Assembly (NCBI RefSeq): GCF_000011805.1
Contig: NC_006840.2
Reading direction: 5' to 3' (one strand)
DNA length: 32,000 nt
Origin: Aliivibrio fischeri ES114
GTDB lineage: Bacteria; Pseudomonadota; Gammaproteobacteria; Enterobacterales; Vibrionaceae
The translations under genes were made by a program, and so were the position numbers. This document shows, piece by piece, positions 9,615 through 17,710 of the stretch. The notes under the pieces were generated by a model. The model had not been told where the DNA came from and did no database searches. It saw only the letters and a list, made by a program, of their open reading frames with translations. Each line of letters begins with the position of its first letter. The stretch's first letter is position 1.

Positions 9615-10529
9615 ATGAAAAATAATGACATAAAACTATCGATTCCTAACATTAGACGTTCAAGATTAATAAATGTAATAAAATCGCATGGTTGCATCAG
9701 AATATTAGAAACTCATAATCCAATCTCAGCACTTATAGCAGAGAAAGCCAGTGCTAATGATATTGATTCTGAAGAGAATGTTGAATATCAAGGTTTTTGG
9801 TCAAGTTCATTAACTGATTCGGTAAGTCAAGGTAAGCCAGATATTGAGTTGCTTGACATTAAGAACAGAATCTCAAATATAAGCGATATATTTGAGGTAA
9901 CTTCCAAACCTCTAATTATAGATGGTGATACTGGAGGGAAAATTGAACATTTATCATTCAACATAAGGTCTCTTGAGCGACTTGGCGTGTCAGCAATTAT
10001 AATTGAAGATAAAACAGGGCTTAAGAAAAACTCATTATTAGGTAATGAGGTTGAACAGAAGCAAGATACAATAGAATCATTCTGCACAAAAATAAAAAAA
10101 GGTAAAGAATCTCAATTAACAGAAGAATTTATGATTATTGCAAGGGTTGAAAGCTTAATTCTAGATGCTGGAATGGAGGATGCATTAGAAAGAGCTTTTG
10201 CTTATAGTGAAAGTGGTGCTGACGGAATAATGATCCACAGTCGACACCAAGATGGAAAGGAAATATTTGATTTTGCGAAACAATATAGATCTAAGTATCC
10301 AGATAAGATATTAGTATGCGTACCTACTAGTTACAATGAAATAAAATTCGATGAACTTAAACAAGCTGGCTTCAATATTGTTATTTATGCAAATCACATG
10401 CTAAGAGCAGCATATAAGGCTATGGAATATACATCTGAGCAAATACTTAAAAATGGAAGAACATCTGAAATAGAATCTCACTTTCTATCAATAAAAAGAA
10501 TGCTAGATCTCGTGCCTGGAACTCGGTAA
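9615..10529 (+). CDS. pepM: Phosphoenolpyruvate mutase (phosphonate biosynthesis), isocitrate lyase/PEP mutase superfamily
   Basis: 304 aa with PLIIDGDTGG, EDKTGLKKNSLLG (EDK-x5-NS signature), IARVESLILDAGMEDALERAFAYSESGADGIMIHS, and VPTSYNEIKFDELKQAGFNIVIYANHMLRAAYKAM. These parallel characterised PEP mutases. Confidence 0.9.
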   Translation: MKNNDIKLSIPNIRRSRLINVIKSHGCIRILETHNPISALIAEKASANDIDSEENVEYQGFWSSSLTDSVSQGKPDIELLDIKNRISNISDIFEVTSKPLIIDGDTGGKIEHLSFNIRSLERLGVSAIIIEDKTGLKKNSLLGNEVEQKQDTIESFCTKIKKGKESQLTEEFMIIARVESLILDAGMEDALERAFAYSESGADGIMIHSRHQDGKEIFDFAKQYRSKYPDKILVCVPTSYNEIKFDELKQAGFNIVIYANHMLRAAYKAMEYTSEQILKNGRTSEIESHFLSIKRMLDLVPGTR

Positions 10530-11818
10530 TGCTTATGTCTATATTTATATTAACATTAATGATTTTATCTCTAATATATAAGAGAAAATACATACCTTTG
10601 ATTTTTATATTGTTAGGGATTGTTGTTTCCTTGTTTAATGGCGTAGAATTACGAGAAATCGCTTTAAACTTCTCTAATGCATTAAGCTCTGTTTTTTTAT
10701 CTATCGGGTTAAATATTGTTGTTATTATAGCGTTCTCTGAATATGTTAATAAAAATGGGGCAACAAAAGATTTAGTTTTACTCGTTTATAAACCAATAAG
10801 TAAAATAAAAGATAGATACTTAATCCTTGCTATGTTTTATTTAATAGGATTAGCATTAAGCACAGTAATCACATCCGCATCAGCTCTATCTATGATATAT
10901 ATGTCTACTGTATTCCCTATACTGATATCTAAGGGAATAAGTAAAGAAGGTGCAGCGGGAATGATCGCTTCAGTTGGAGTAATAGAATTTGGTCACTTAA
11001 AATCGAGTACTATTTTTATGGCTGAAGAGCAAAATAGATTAATAAATGATTATGTTATTAATGGACAATTATTTTTATTTATTGGTATCGCTATTGTCGG
11101 TGCAATTAGCCATTACTTCTGGCAACGTTACCTCGATAACCGTTTGACTAATGATAACGATGAAAAATCATTAACAGATAATCTAGATTATCAGCATAAA
11201 ATCAGTATATTTACGGCACTGCTACCGTTACTTCCGCTATTTCTTATTTTACCTGAACATCTATTCACTAAACTAAACTTGCCACTTTGGACTATTGGGA
11301 TGATATGTATTTCAATCTCGTTTATTTTAGATCTAAAATCCAATAAATTTAATGTTAAAGAACAATTATCTTTCTTTTTAACTAGCATTAGTAACTCATT
11401 TTTCTTTATCGTATCTGTCATTGTTGGCGGTAAATTTCTAGTCAATTCGTTACCGATAGAAAGTATTATTAATATTTATAGCCATATGTCTTTAGGTTCT
11501 ATAAACCCGATTATTTTATCATCAGTATTATTATTGGCTATCGTGTTATTTTGTACTTTGCTTGGTTCTGGAACGGTCTCTTTTATTACAATAACGTCAA
11601 TAATGTCAAAATTTAAAATCGTATCGATGAATCAGTTCAGTTCAACATTTACATCGATGCAAATGATATCAGGAATAGGAAGAACAATATCCCCTGTATC
11701 TCCAACTACATTATTATGCTCCCAAATTTCTGGAGTTACACTATCTAGCATAATATTAAGAAATATTGTCCCAACCATACTTATTGTAATTTTATCAATC
11801 ATATACAGCAATATTTGA
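10529..11818 (+). CDS. Polytopic membrane transporter, DcuC/ion-transporter-superfamily-like
   Basis: 429 aa, about 10-12 hydrophobic segments; ISGIGRTISPVSPTTLLCSQISGVTLSSIILRNIVP resembles the C-terminal motif of DcuC-like permeases. TAATG overlap with the upstream gene implies translational coupling. Confidence 0.75.
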   Translation: MLMSIFILTLMILSLIYKRKYIPLIFILLGIVVSLFNGVELREIALNFSNALSSVFLSIGLNIVVIIAFSEYVNKNGATKDLVLLVYKPISKIKDRYLILAMFYLIGLALSTVITSASALSMIYMSTVFPILISKGISKEGAAGMIASVGVIEFGHLKSSTIFMAEEQNRLINDYVINGQLFLFIGIAIVGAISHYFWQRYLDNRLTNDNDEKSLTDNLDYQHKISIFTALLPLLPLFLILPEHLFTKLNLPLWTIGMICISISFILDLKSNKFNVKEQLSFFLTSISNSFFFIVSVIVGGKFLVNSLPIESIINIYSHMSLGSINPIILSSVLLLAIVLFCTLLGSGTVSFITITSIMSKFKIVSMNQFSSTFTSMQMISGIGRTISPVSPTTLLCSQISGVTLSSIILRNIVPTILIVILSIIYSNI

Positions 11819-11826
11819 GGTTAGTT

Positions 11827-12831
11827 ATGAATAAATACGTGATCATTCTGGAAGCTAGTGAAGATAAAAATAAGGATGATACTGGCTTTAGAAAAGATAC
11901 AGCACCGATAATTAAAGCCGTTCAAGATATAGGTATCAATTGTAAAGCTATACATTTCACACTAAGTGAAAAGGATAAAATATTTGATTTTATGAGAAAA
12001 AATTGCGTAGCTTACATATCAAGAGTTAACCCGGGGAAATTAACTACTGGGGAACAAACCTATTTTGATTTCTTAGATAATCTTATTGATGAAGGAATAG
12101 TAGGAATAGAACCCCCAAGTACTTTATTAGCGCTTGGTTCTAAGTCATCGCTCTGTAAGTTAGTAGGTACAGGATTGGTTCCTGATGACATGAGAATATA
12201 TAAAGACAAAAAAGAACTCATTGAAGATTTTGATATTGAAAGTCTGAATTCTGATAGGGTTTTTAAACAAAATAGAGGTTCTAGCGGAAAAGGCATTTTC
12301 AGATTAGGTCTCGTTGATAGCTCAGCATCAAAGATAAGAGTGACCGATGCACAAAATAACCGAACACAGAATATACATATAAATGATTTTATTGATAATT
12401 ATGTTAACTTTGATTCAGGCGTTGTTGTTAATATGCCATTTTTATCTGGAATCAAAGAGGGTGAGTATCGTGTTCTCTTGATTGGCAATACCCCATGCTA
12501 TGTTATTCATAAAAAACCGACAAAAGGTGATTTTAACTTTTCTACGACCTTGCACTCAGGTTCAGAATATAAATATGAAGATGTGTCCAAACATCCTATT
12601 TTGATTGATCTTGTTACTAATAACATTGAGACAATCCTAACAAAGCTAAATGACTCAAGACCTGCGCCATTAATTTGGAGTATTGATTTTATAAGGGATA
12701 TGAAAAATGACAAATTCCTTATATCAGAAATAAACTGTAATTGTCTTGGTTTCACATCATTATTGGATTCGGACATTCCTAAACTAATGGCTGACATGAT
12801 ATATAACCGAATTTATCATGAACATAATTAG
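11827..12831 (+). CDS. ATP-grasp family carboxylate-amine (or related) ligase
   Basis: VFKQNRGSSGKGIFRLG (nucleotide-binding loop), LSGIKEGEYRVLLIGNTPCYVIHKKP, APLIWSIDFIRDMKNDKFLISEINCNCLGFT (Mg/ATP-binding end of the grasp fold). ATG 11827 has an AGG-type RBS. Confidence 0.82.
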   Translation: MNKYVIILEASEDKNKDDTGFRKDTAPIIKAVQDIGINCKAIHFTLSEKDKIFDFMRKNCVAYISRVNPGKLTTGEQTYFDFLDNLIDEGIVGIEPPSTLLALGSKSSLCKLVGTGLVPDDMRIYKDKKELIEDFDIESLNSDRVFKQNRGSSGKGIFRLGLVDSSASKIRVTDAQNNRTQNIHINDFIDNYVNFDSGVVVNMPFLSGIKEGEYRVLLIGNTPCYVIHKKPTKGDFNFSTTLHSGSEYKYEDVSKHPILIDLVTNNIETILTKLNDSRPAPLIWSIDFIRDMKNDKFLISEINCNCLGFTSLLDSDIPKLMADMIYNRIYHEHN

Positions 12832-12840
12832 GAGCGAAGA

Positions 12841-13788
12841 ATGAAAGTTTCATACTATGAAGTAAAAGAACGATTAATAAGAAAATTCATAGCTTCAGGA
12901 TTGGCTTGGGATGATGCAAATTGGGTTACTGATGTTTTAATTTCTTCAGAGCAACGCGGTGATAAATCCCACGGGATAAAACATGCAAAGAATATATTTG
13001 ATGTGATTAATAGTGAATGTTATATAGCACAGGCTCCTATTATTCATGATGAAAGGTCAATAACGATACTGGATGGACAGAATTCTATAGGACCAATAGT
13101 AGCGAAACAGGCTATTGATATAGCAATAAAAAAAGCGAAGAAATATGGAACAGCAGCAATATCTTTACGTTCATCAAATCATTTATTTTCATTAAGTCAT
13201 TACGTTAGATATATAGCTAACAATAATATGATTGGTTTTATATGCAGTAGTAGCTCCCCCGCAATGGCTGCTCCAAACTCATTAAATGCCACAATTGGGA
13301 CTAACCCATTTGCATTCGGAGCACCATCATCAAAAGATCCCATAGTCATAGATATGAGTTCGACAAATGTTGCACGAGGAAAAATAAAAGAATATAAGGA
13401 TGCGGAATTAGATATTCCAGTATCTTGGGCATTGGATGAATATGGAAATCCAACCACTTGCGCAATTGAGGCACTTAAAGGCACTTTATCTCCATTGGGA
13501 GGTTATAAAGGTTTTGCTTTAGGCTGTATGATCGATATATTCAGTTCAGTATTGTCTGGTTCTGCTTTTTCGACGCAGATTACAGGTACAAGTCTTCATA
13601 TGGAAGAGGCTGATGTAAATAAGAAAGGAGATTTTTTATTTGTCCTCGATATCAGCAAGTTTATTCAATTAAGTGAGTTTAAAATTCGTATGGATGAATT
13701 TATTCACATTATAGAAAGTAATGGTGGGTATATTCCAGGAACCAATTATATCAATAATCAGTTCGCTGATATAGAAATACTGAATTGA
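12841..13788 (+). CDS. Ldh family NAD(P)-dependent oxidoreductase (malate/L-lactate/sulfolactate dehydrogenase-like)
   Basis: AISLRSSNHLFSLSHYVRYIA, TIGTNPFAFGAPS, DMSSTNVARGKI, PVSWALDEYGNPTT, and LSPLGGYKGFALGCMIDIFSSVLSG are hallmarks of the MDH2/Ldh family. GGAG RBS before ATG 12841. Confidence 0.88.
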   Translation: MKVSYYEVKERLIRKFIASGLAWDDANWVTDVLISSEQRGDKSHGIKHAKNIFDVINSECYIAQAPIIHDERSITILDGQNSIGPIVAKQAIDIAIKKAKKYGTAAISLRSSNHLFSLSHYVRYIANNNMIGFICSSSSPAMAAPNSLNATIGTNPFAFGAPSSKDPIVIDMSSTNVARGKIKEYKDAELDIPVSWALDEYGNPTTCAIEALKGTLSPLGGYKGFALGCMIDIFSSVLSGSAFSTQITGTSLHMEEADVNKKGDFLFVLDISKFIQLSEFKIRMDEFIHIIESNGGYIPGTNYINNQFADIEILN

Positions 13789-13805
13789 TGAGTGGGGACT
13801 GAACG

Positions 13806-13874
13806 ATGAGAATTAACTTACTGGGTATAGTAAGAAATAGATCAAATAGTGGCATGATGATAAAAAGCCGCTAA
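13806..13874 (+). pseudogene. Possible 5' stub of a fifth operon gene truncated at the repeat junction
   Basis: ATG 13806 follows GGGG; reads MRINLLGIVRNRSNSGMMIKSR and stops inside the duplicated terminator (13863 onward). Confidence 0.4.
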
Positions 13875-13891
13875 TTAATAGCGGCTTTTTT
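13863..13891. terminator. Terminator between the phosphonate-type operon and the convergent aminotransferase gene
   Basis: AAAAGCCGCTAATTAATAGCGGCTTTTTT hairpin. Confidence 0.8.
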
Positions 13892-14109
13892 ATGGTTTGT
13901 GGATGTGTGGATTATCTCTCTAAGGCTTCTTTAATTCGCTGCATCGCTTGAATAAGTACCTCTCGAGGGCAACCTAGATTTAAACGAATAAAGCCTGAAC
14001 CTTCGTTGCCAAACGCAATCCCCATGCTTGGAACTATCCCAGCTTCTACTAATTTACGCTCTAGTTCTTTATCTGTTAGTTCAAGATCTCGGCAATCTAC
14101 CCATGCTAA
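13863..14109. repeat. Direct repeat copy 2: terminator plus 3' end of the intact aminotransferase gene
   Basis: Aligned to 8861-9108. Confidence 0.93.
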
Positions 14110-15084
14110 ATAACCCGCTTCTGGTGGGGTAAAGCGTAGCTCTGGCAGTTCGCTTTCAATAAAAGTTGCTAAGGTAGTAATGTTCTCTTGTAAGTAGGTT
14201 TTAAGTTCGTTTAACCACGGTGCTGAAGTTTGATAAGCAGCAGTGGCAGCACACATCGCCAAGCTATTATAAACATCCATGCCATGCGCATCTAAACGAC
14301 GAACTAAACGTGCTTTTAATTCTTGATTTGGGATCATGAAATTAGAAATACGTACAGAAGACAAGCCGAATGTTTTACTCGCTGCCGTTGCTACAATCAG
14401 TTTTTGTTGTAGATTCTCTGGCAATGATAATGCTGAATGGTAAGTGTTATCTCCCATCGCTAAATCGCCCCAGATCTCATCACTTAGTAGCCACACATCG
14501 TATTGATGACATAGCTCTGCTACAGCGGTTATCTCTTCTTTTGACCATGCTTTACCAACAGGGTTGTGAGGGTTACAGAAGATCATTACTTTAGCGCCTT
14601 GCTGAAAACAAGATTCTAAATGAGCAAGGTCGATAGTGTAGTTTCCTTGCTGCTCAATTAATGGGTTCTCAACCAATACTCGGTCATTAAATTCAACGAT
14701 TTTACGAAACGAGCCATAGCCCGGTGTTTGCATTACCACTTTGTCATTGGTTTCAGTCAGTAGCTGAATTGCCATTGAAAGCCCAGGTAATACGCCGTGT
14801 ACGGTTGTTATCCATTCTTTTTCAATGTGAATATGATGCTGCTCTTGATACCAAGTGATGATCGCTTGGTAGTAGTCATCATTACGTTCTGCATAACCAA
14901 AAATACCATGGTCAATGCGATTATGAAGTGCTTCTAATACGTGTGGTGGCGCTTGAAAATCGTAATCAGACACCCACATAGGTAGTCGGTCTGTGCCATC
15001 TAATCCGAGTTTTTCTTTCATGAAATCCCATTTTAATGAGCCTGTGTTACAACGGTTGTGAATGCAGTCAAAAGAAGTTGTCAT
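13912..15084 (-). CDS. MalY/PatB family PLP-dependent aminotransferase / C-S beta-lyase
   Basis: 390 aa with LPMWVSDYDFQAPPHVLEAL, GVLPGLSMAIQLLTE, FCNPHNPVGKAWSKEE, SDEIWGDL, ATAASKTFGL, and GFIRLNLGCPREVL. Confidence 0.92.
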   Translation of the reverse strand: MTTSFDCIHNRCNTGSLKWDFMKEKLGLDGTDRLPMWVSDYDFQAPPHVLEALHNRIDHGIFGYAERNDDYYQAIITWYQEQHHIHIEKEWITTVHGVLPGLSMAIQLLTETNDKVVMQTPGYGSFRKIVEFNDRVLVENPLIEQQGNYTIDLAHLESCFQQGAKVMIFCNPHNPVGKAWSKEEITAVAELCHQYDVWLLSDEIWGDLAMGDNTYHSALSLPENLQQKLIVATAASKTFGLSSVRISNFMIPNQELKARLVRRLDAHGMDVYNSLAMCAATAAYQTSAPWLNELKTYLQENITTLATFIESELPELRFTPPEAGYLAWVDCRDLELTDKELERKLVEAGIVPSMGIAFGNEGSGFIRLNLGCPREVLIQAMQRIKEALER

Positions 15085-15093
15085 GAGATAGCC

Positions 15094-16551
15094 TTATTTT
15101 ACGTCAACTGGAGATAGTGAGTCGTTGTCTTGAGTTACTGGTGCTTTTGCAATACCAAAGCCTGTGAAACCATAAATGATGGCGAAAATCACGCCGGTGT
15201 AACATTGAATTGCCCATGGGAGGTAATCAAGCGTTGCTACGCCTAATGTGCTTGCCATGTAAATACCTGCTGCAGTCCACGGAACCAGTGGTTCGATAAT
15301 GGTGCCCGCATCTTCAATAGTTCTTGAAAGGTTTTTAGTGTCCAATCCCATTTTGCGATAAGCATTTTGGAATAATTCACCTGGGATTAATAAGGCAAGT
15401 TTGCCATCAGAGGTTGTGAATACCACGGTAATCGTAGCAATCACAGTTGATAGAATTAACTGACCAGTGCTGTGAATAAGATGTAAGAAGCGGCCTAGAA
15501 CCACATTTAATGCACCTGTTAGACTTAAAATTCCCGCAAAAGCAAAGGCACAAAATACAAGAAGAATGGTGCTCATCATAGAGAACAGGCCACCACGATT
15601 AAGCAGTTTTGCAATATCTGGAACTAAACCATCTGTTGTGTGACCGTTAGTGTTCAACATATCGATATTGAAACCATTAACAAACGCTTGCAGTGCTTGT
15701 TGTAAGCTGAAGCCTTGTAGAAATACACCGATAAGTAGAGCAAGGGCAGAGGCTGCAAGCATCAGAGGAAGTACTGGTTTTTTCGTGAATGCGCCCCATA
15801 AGATCATGATTGGTGGCACAATTAATAGAATGCTGAAGTTATATAAACTGTCCAAGCCAGCAATGATATCAACTACTTTTTGAGGTTCGCTCACATTTGT
15901 AATATCACCGTATTGACCAGCAAAGAAGAAGACAACAGAAGCAATAACAAAGCCTGGTAGCGTGGTATAAAGCATATGTTGGATGTGTTCATATAATGTA
16001 GTGCCAGAAACAATAGGTGCAAAATTTGTTGAATCAGAAAGAGGGGAGATTTTATCACCAAAGTAAGCGCCAGAAACCACCGCGCCAGCAGCTGCCGCCA
16101 AGGATACGTCAAGACCTGCTGCTACACCCATTAACGCAACACCTACTGTTCCTGCAGATCCCCATGATGTACCAGTACACACAGAAACCACACTGGTAAC
16201 AAAGAAAGCAGCGATTAAAATATATTGAGGGCTAATAACTTTTAATCCCCAATAAACCATGTAGGGGATAGTGCCACTGATCATCCAACTTGCGATTAGG
16301 CCGCCAACCGACACTAAAATTAAGATAACTGGCATTGCTTTCGCCAGTTTCTCAACAATGGCGTTCATTATCTCATCCCAGTTGTATCCCATTTTATATG
16401 CAATAAAACCAGTGAAGGTTGCTGAAGTAAGTAGTAGTGCTTCAATTTGTAGACCAAATAGGCCATATCCAATTGCCAGTAGACCAAACATTACAGCAAT
16501 AGGAGCTATTGCTAATGCAAAGGATGGAAGAGGCTTTGATGAATGTGTCAT
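15094..16551 (-). CDS. nhaC: NhaC family Na+/H+ antiporter
   Basis: 485 aa polytopic protein; FVTSVVSVCTGTSWGSAGTVGVALMGVA, GAYFGDKISPLSDSTNFAP, TIEDAGTIIEPLVPWTAAGIYMASTLGV. Confidence 0.9.
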   Translation of the reverse strand: MTHSSKPLPSFALAIAPIAVMFGLLAIGYGLFGLQIEALLLTSATFTGFIAYKMGYNWDEIMNAIVEKLAKAMPVILILVSVGGLIASWMISGTIPYMVYWGLKVISPQYILIAAFFVTSVVSVCTGTSWGSAGTVGVALMGVAAGLDVSLAAAAGAVVSGAYFGDKISPLSDSTNFAPIVSGTTLYEHIQHMLYTTLPGFVIASVVFFFAGQYGDITNVSEPQKVVDIIAGLDSLYNFSILLIVPPIMILWGAFTKKPVLPLMLAASALALLIGVFLQGFSLQQALQAFVNGFNIDMLNTNGHTTDGLVPDIAKLLNRGGLFSMMSTILLVFCAFAFAGILSLTGALNVVLGRFLHLIHSTGQLILSTVIATITVVFTTSDGKLALLIPGELFQNAYRKMGLDTKNLSRTIEDAGTIIEPLVPWTAAGIYMASTLGVATLDYLPWAIQCYTGVIFAIIYGFTGFGIAKAPVTQDNDSLSPVDVK

Positions 16552-16646
16552 TTTGTATTCCTCATAAAAAGTTGTAGGGTTGTTTTGTTTTTATGAGGTC
16601 ATAATAAGAGTTCTATTAATTAGAATATGAGAGACAGGTAACGCAC

Positions 16647-16666
16647 TCATGTAAGCGCTTACATGA
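16647..16666. promoter_or_regulatory. Perfect 20 bp palindrome, likely LacI-family operator
   Basis: TCATGTAAGCGCTTACATGA, with the CG centre typical of LacI/GalR-family operators. It lies between the nhaC start and the 3' end of the LacI-family gene. Confidence 0.75.
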
Positions 16667-16687
16667 AGTTCTTACCTAAGATGCTCA

Positions 16688-17710
16688 TCACACTTTTAGG
16701 GCTTGTTTATTTGAAAAAGGTATAACAGTTTGTCGCTCGACCAAGCTGGCATTAAAGCGATGATTAGATGGTGGAACATAACCGGTGTTTTTTATTTTTA
16801 ATGCTAAATCAGCAGCATAGCTCGACATTTCATCAATAGGATTGTGCATTGTGGTTAAGCGTGGGTAGAGATATCGAGCCAATAAAACATCGTCAAACCC
16901 AATAATAGAAATATCGTCTGGAACACGAATATTATTTTCATGCAGGCTTGCCATTAAACCTGCGGCCATTACATCGTTAAAGGTAACCACAGCAGTGACT
17001 TCTGGGCATTGAAACAATAATTGTTCACCGGCAAGTTCTCCGCCTTGTTCGCTAAAGTTCTGATTTATTATCCAGTTAGGTTCAATGGTAATGTTGGCTT
17101 CTGCCATAGCATCGCGGTAACCGTTAAGTCGCTCTGTTCTGTCTTCAATAGGAAGATCACTGGTGACACAGGCGATTTTGCGGTGACCTTGCTTAATTAA
17201 GTAAACAACAGATTCTTTGGCACCAGCTCTATTATCAATATAGACAGAACGATTTGAGATTTGTGGAATGGTACGGTTGAGCAATACCATCGAAGGGAGT
17301 TGAGCGCTGTATCGTAATAGGGTGGCATCATCTAGCATTTTGGCGTGAACCACCATGGCTTCACATCCTTGACTGATTAAAAAATCCAACCCTTCTTTTT
17401 CTCGCTGTGCATCATGACCTCCGCTTACTACTACTAATTGGCATTTATGTTTACGTGCGACTTCTTCTACGTGTTTGGCTATTAGGGCAAAGAAAGGATC
17501 AGCTAGGTTGCCGGTTAGTAGGCCAAGGGTATTATTTGTTTTTTTTGCTAAGGCACTGGCTCTTGCATCGCGCTGATAATTGAGTTCACGAATGGCACTT
17601 TGTACTCGTTCAAGAGTTACCGGCTCAACATAAGCGGAGTTATTGATTACGCGGGAAACGGTAGCGGTAGAAACTCTTGCTAACTTTGCAACGTCACTGA
17701 TTGTCGCCAT
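16688..17710 (-). CDS. LacI/GalR family transcriptional regulator
   Basis: MATISDVAKLARVSTATVSRVINNSAYVEPVTLERVQSAIRELNYQRDARASAL HTH plus periplasmic-binding-like sensor domain. Confidence 0.94.
   Translation of the reverse strand: MATISDVAKLARVSTATVSRVINNSAYVEPVTLERVQSAIRELNYQRDARASALAKKTNNTLGLLTGNLADPFFALIAKHVEEVARKHKCQLVVVSGGHDAQREKEGLDFLISQGCEAMVVHAKMLDDATLLRYSAQLPSMVLLNRTIPQISNRSVYIDNRAGAKESVVYLIKQGHRKIACVTSDLPIEDRTERLNGYRDAMAEANITIEPNWIINQNFSEQGGELAGEQLLFQCPEVTAVVTFNDVMAAGLMASLHENNIRVPDDISIIGFDDVLLARYLYPRLTTMHNPIDEMSSYAADLALKIKNTGYVPPSNHRFNASLVERQTVIPFSNKQALKV

Noticed and set aside
9827-10087. Antisense ORFs of 60-96 aa (also 4649-4837, 5977-6213, 11191-11445, 12060-12296, 12507-12797, 13200-13484, 14370-14594, 15650-16199, 16271-16567, 18531-18776, 20406-20630, 23042-23227, 23784-24026, 25710-25988, 29031-29222)
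   Set aside because: Each lies opposite a strongly supported gene, lacks recognisable domains or RBS, and its composition is explained by the sense codons.
9615-10529. Annotation as methylisocitrate lyase or isocitrate lyase
   Set aside because: Same superfamily, but the EDK-x5-NS segment (EDKTGLKKNS) and the overall pattern IARVE...GADGIMIHS...ANHMLRAA fit PEP mutase; lyases carry KKCGH or CGH-type catalytic motifs, absent here.
9109-13862. Prophage, integron, IS element or defence island
   Set aside because: No transposase, integrase, attC, phage structural, nuclease or toxin-antitoxin genes are visible; all four genes are metabolic or transport proteins.
1-15084. Functional link between the aroG/PpsA-like genes and the pepM operon because all use PEP
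   Set aside because: They are more than 7 kb apart with unrelated genes between, and only the pepM operon lies between the repeats; proximity alone is not evidence.
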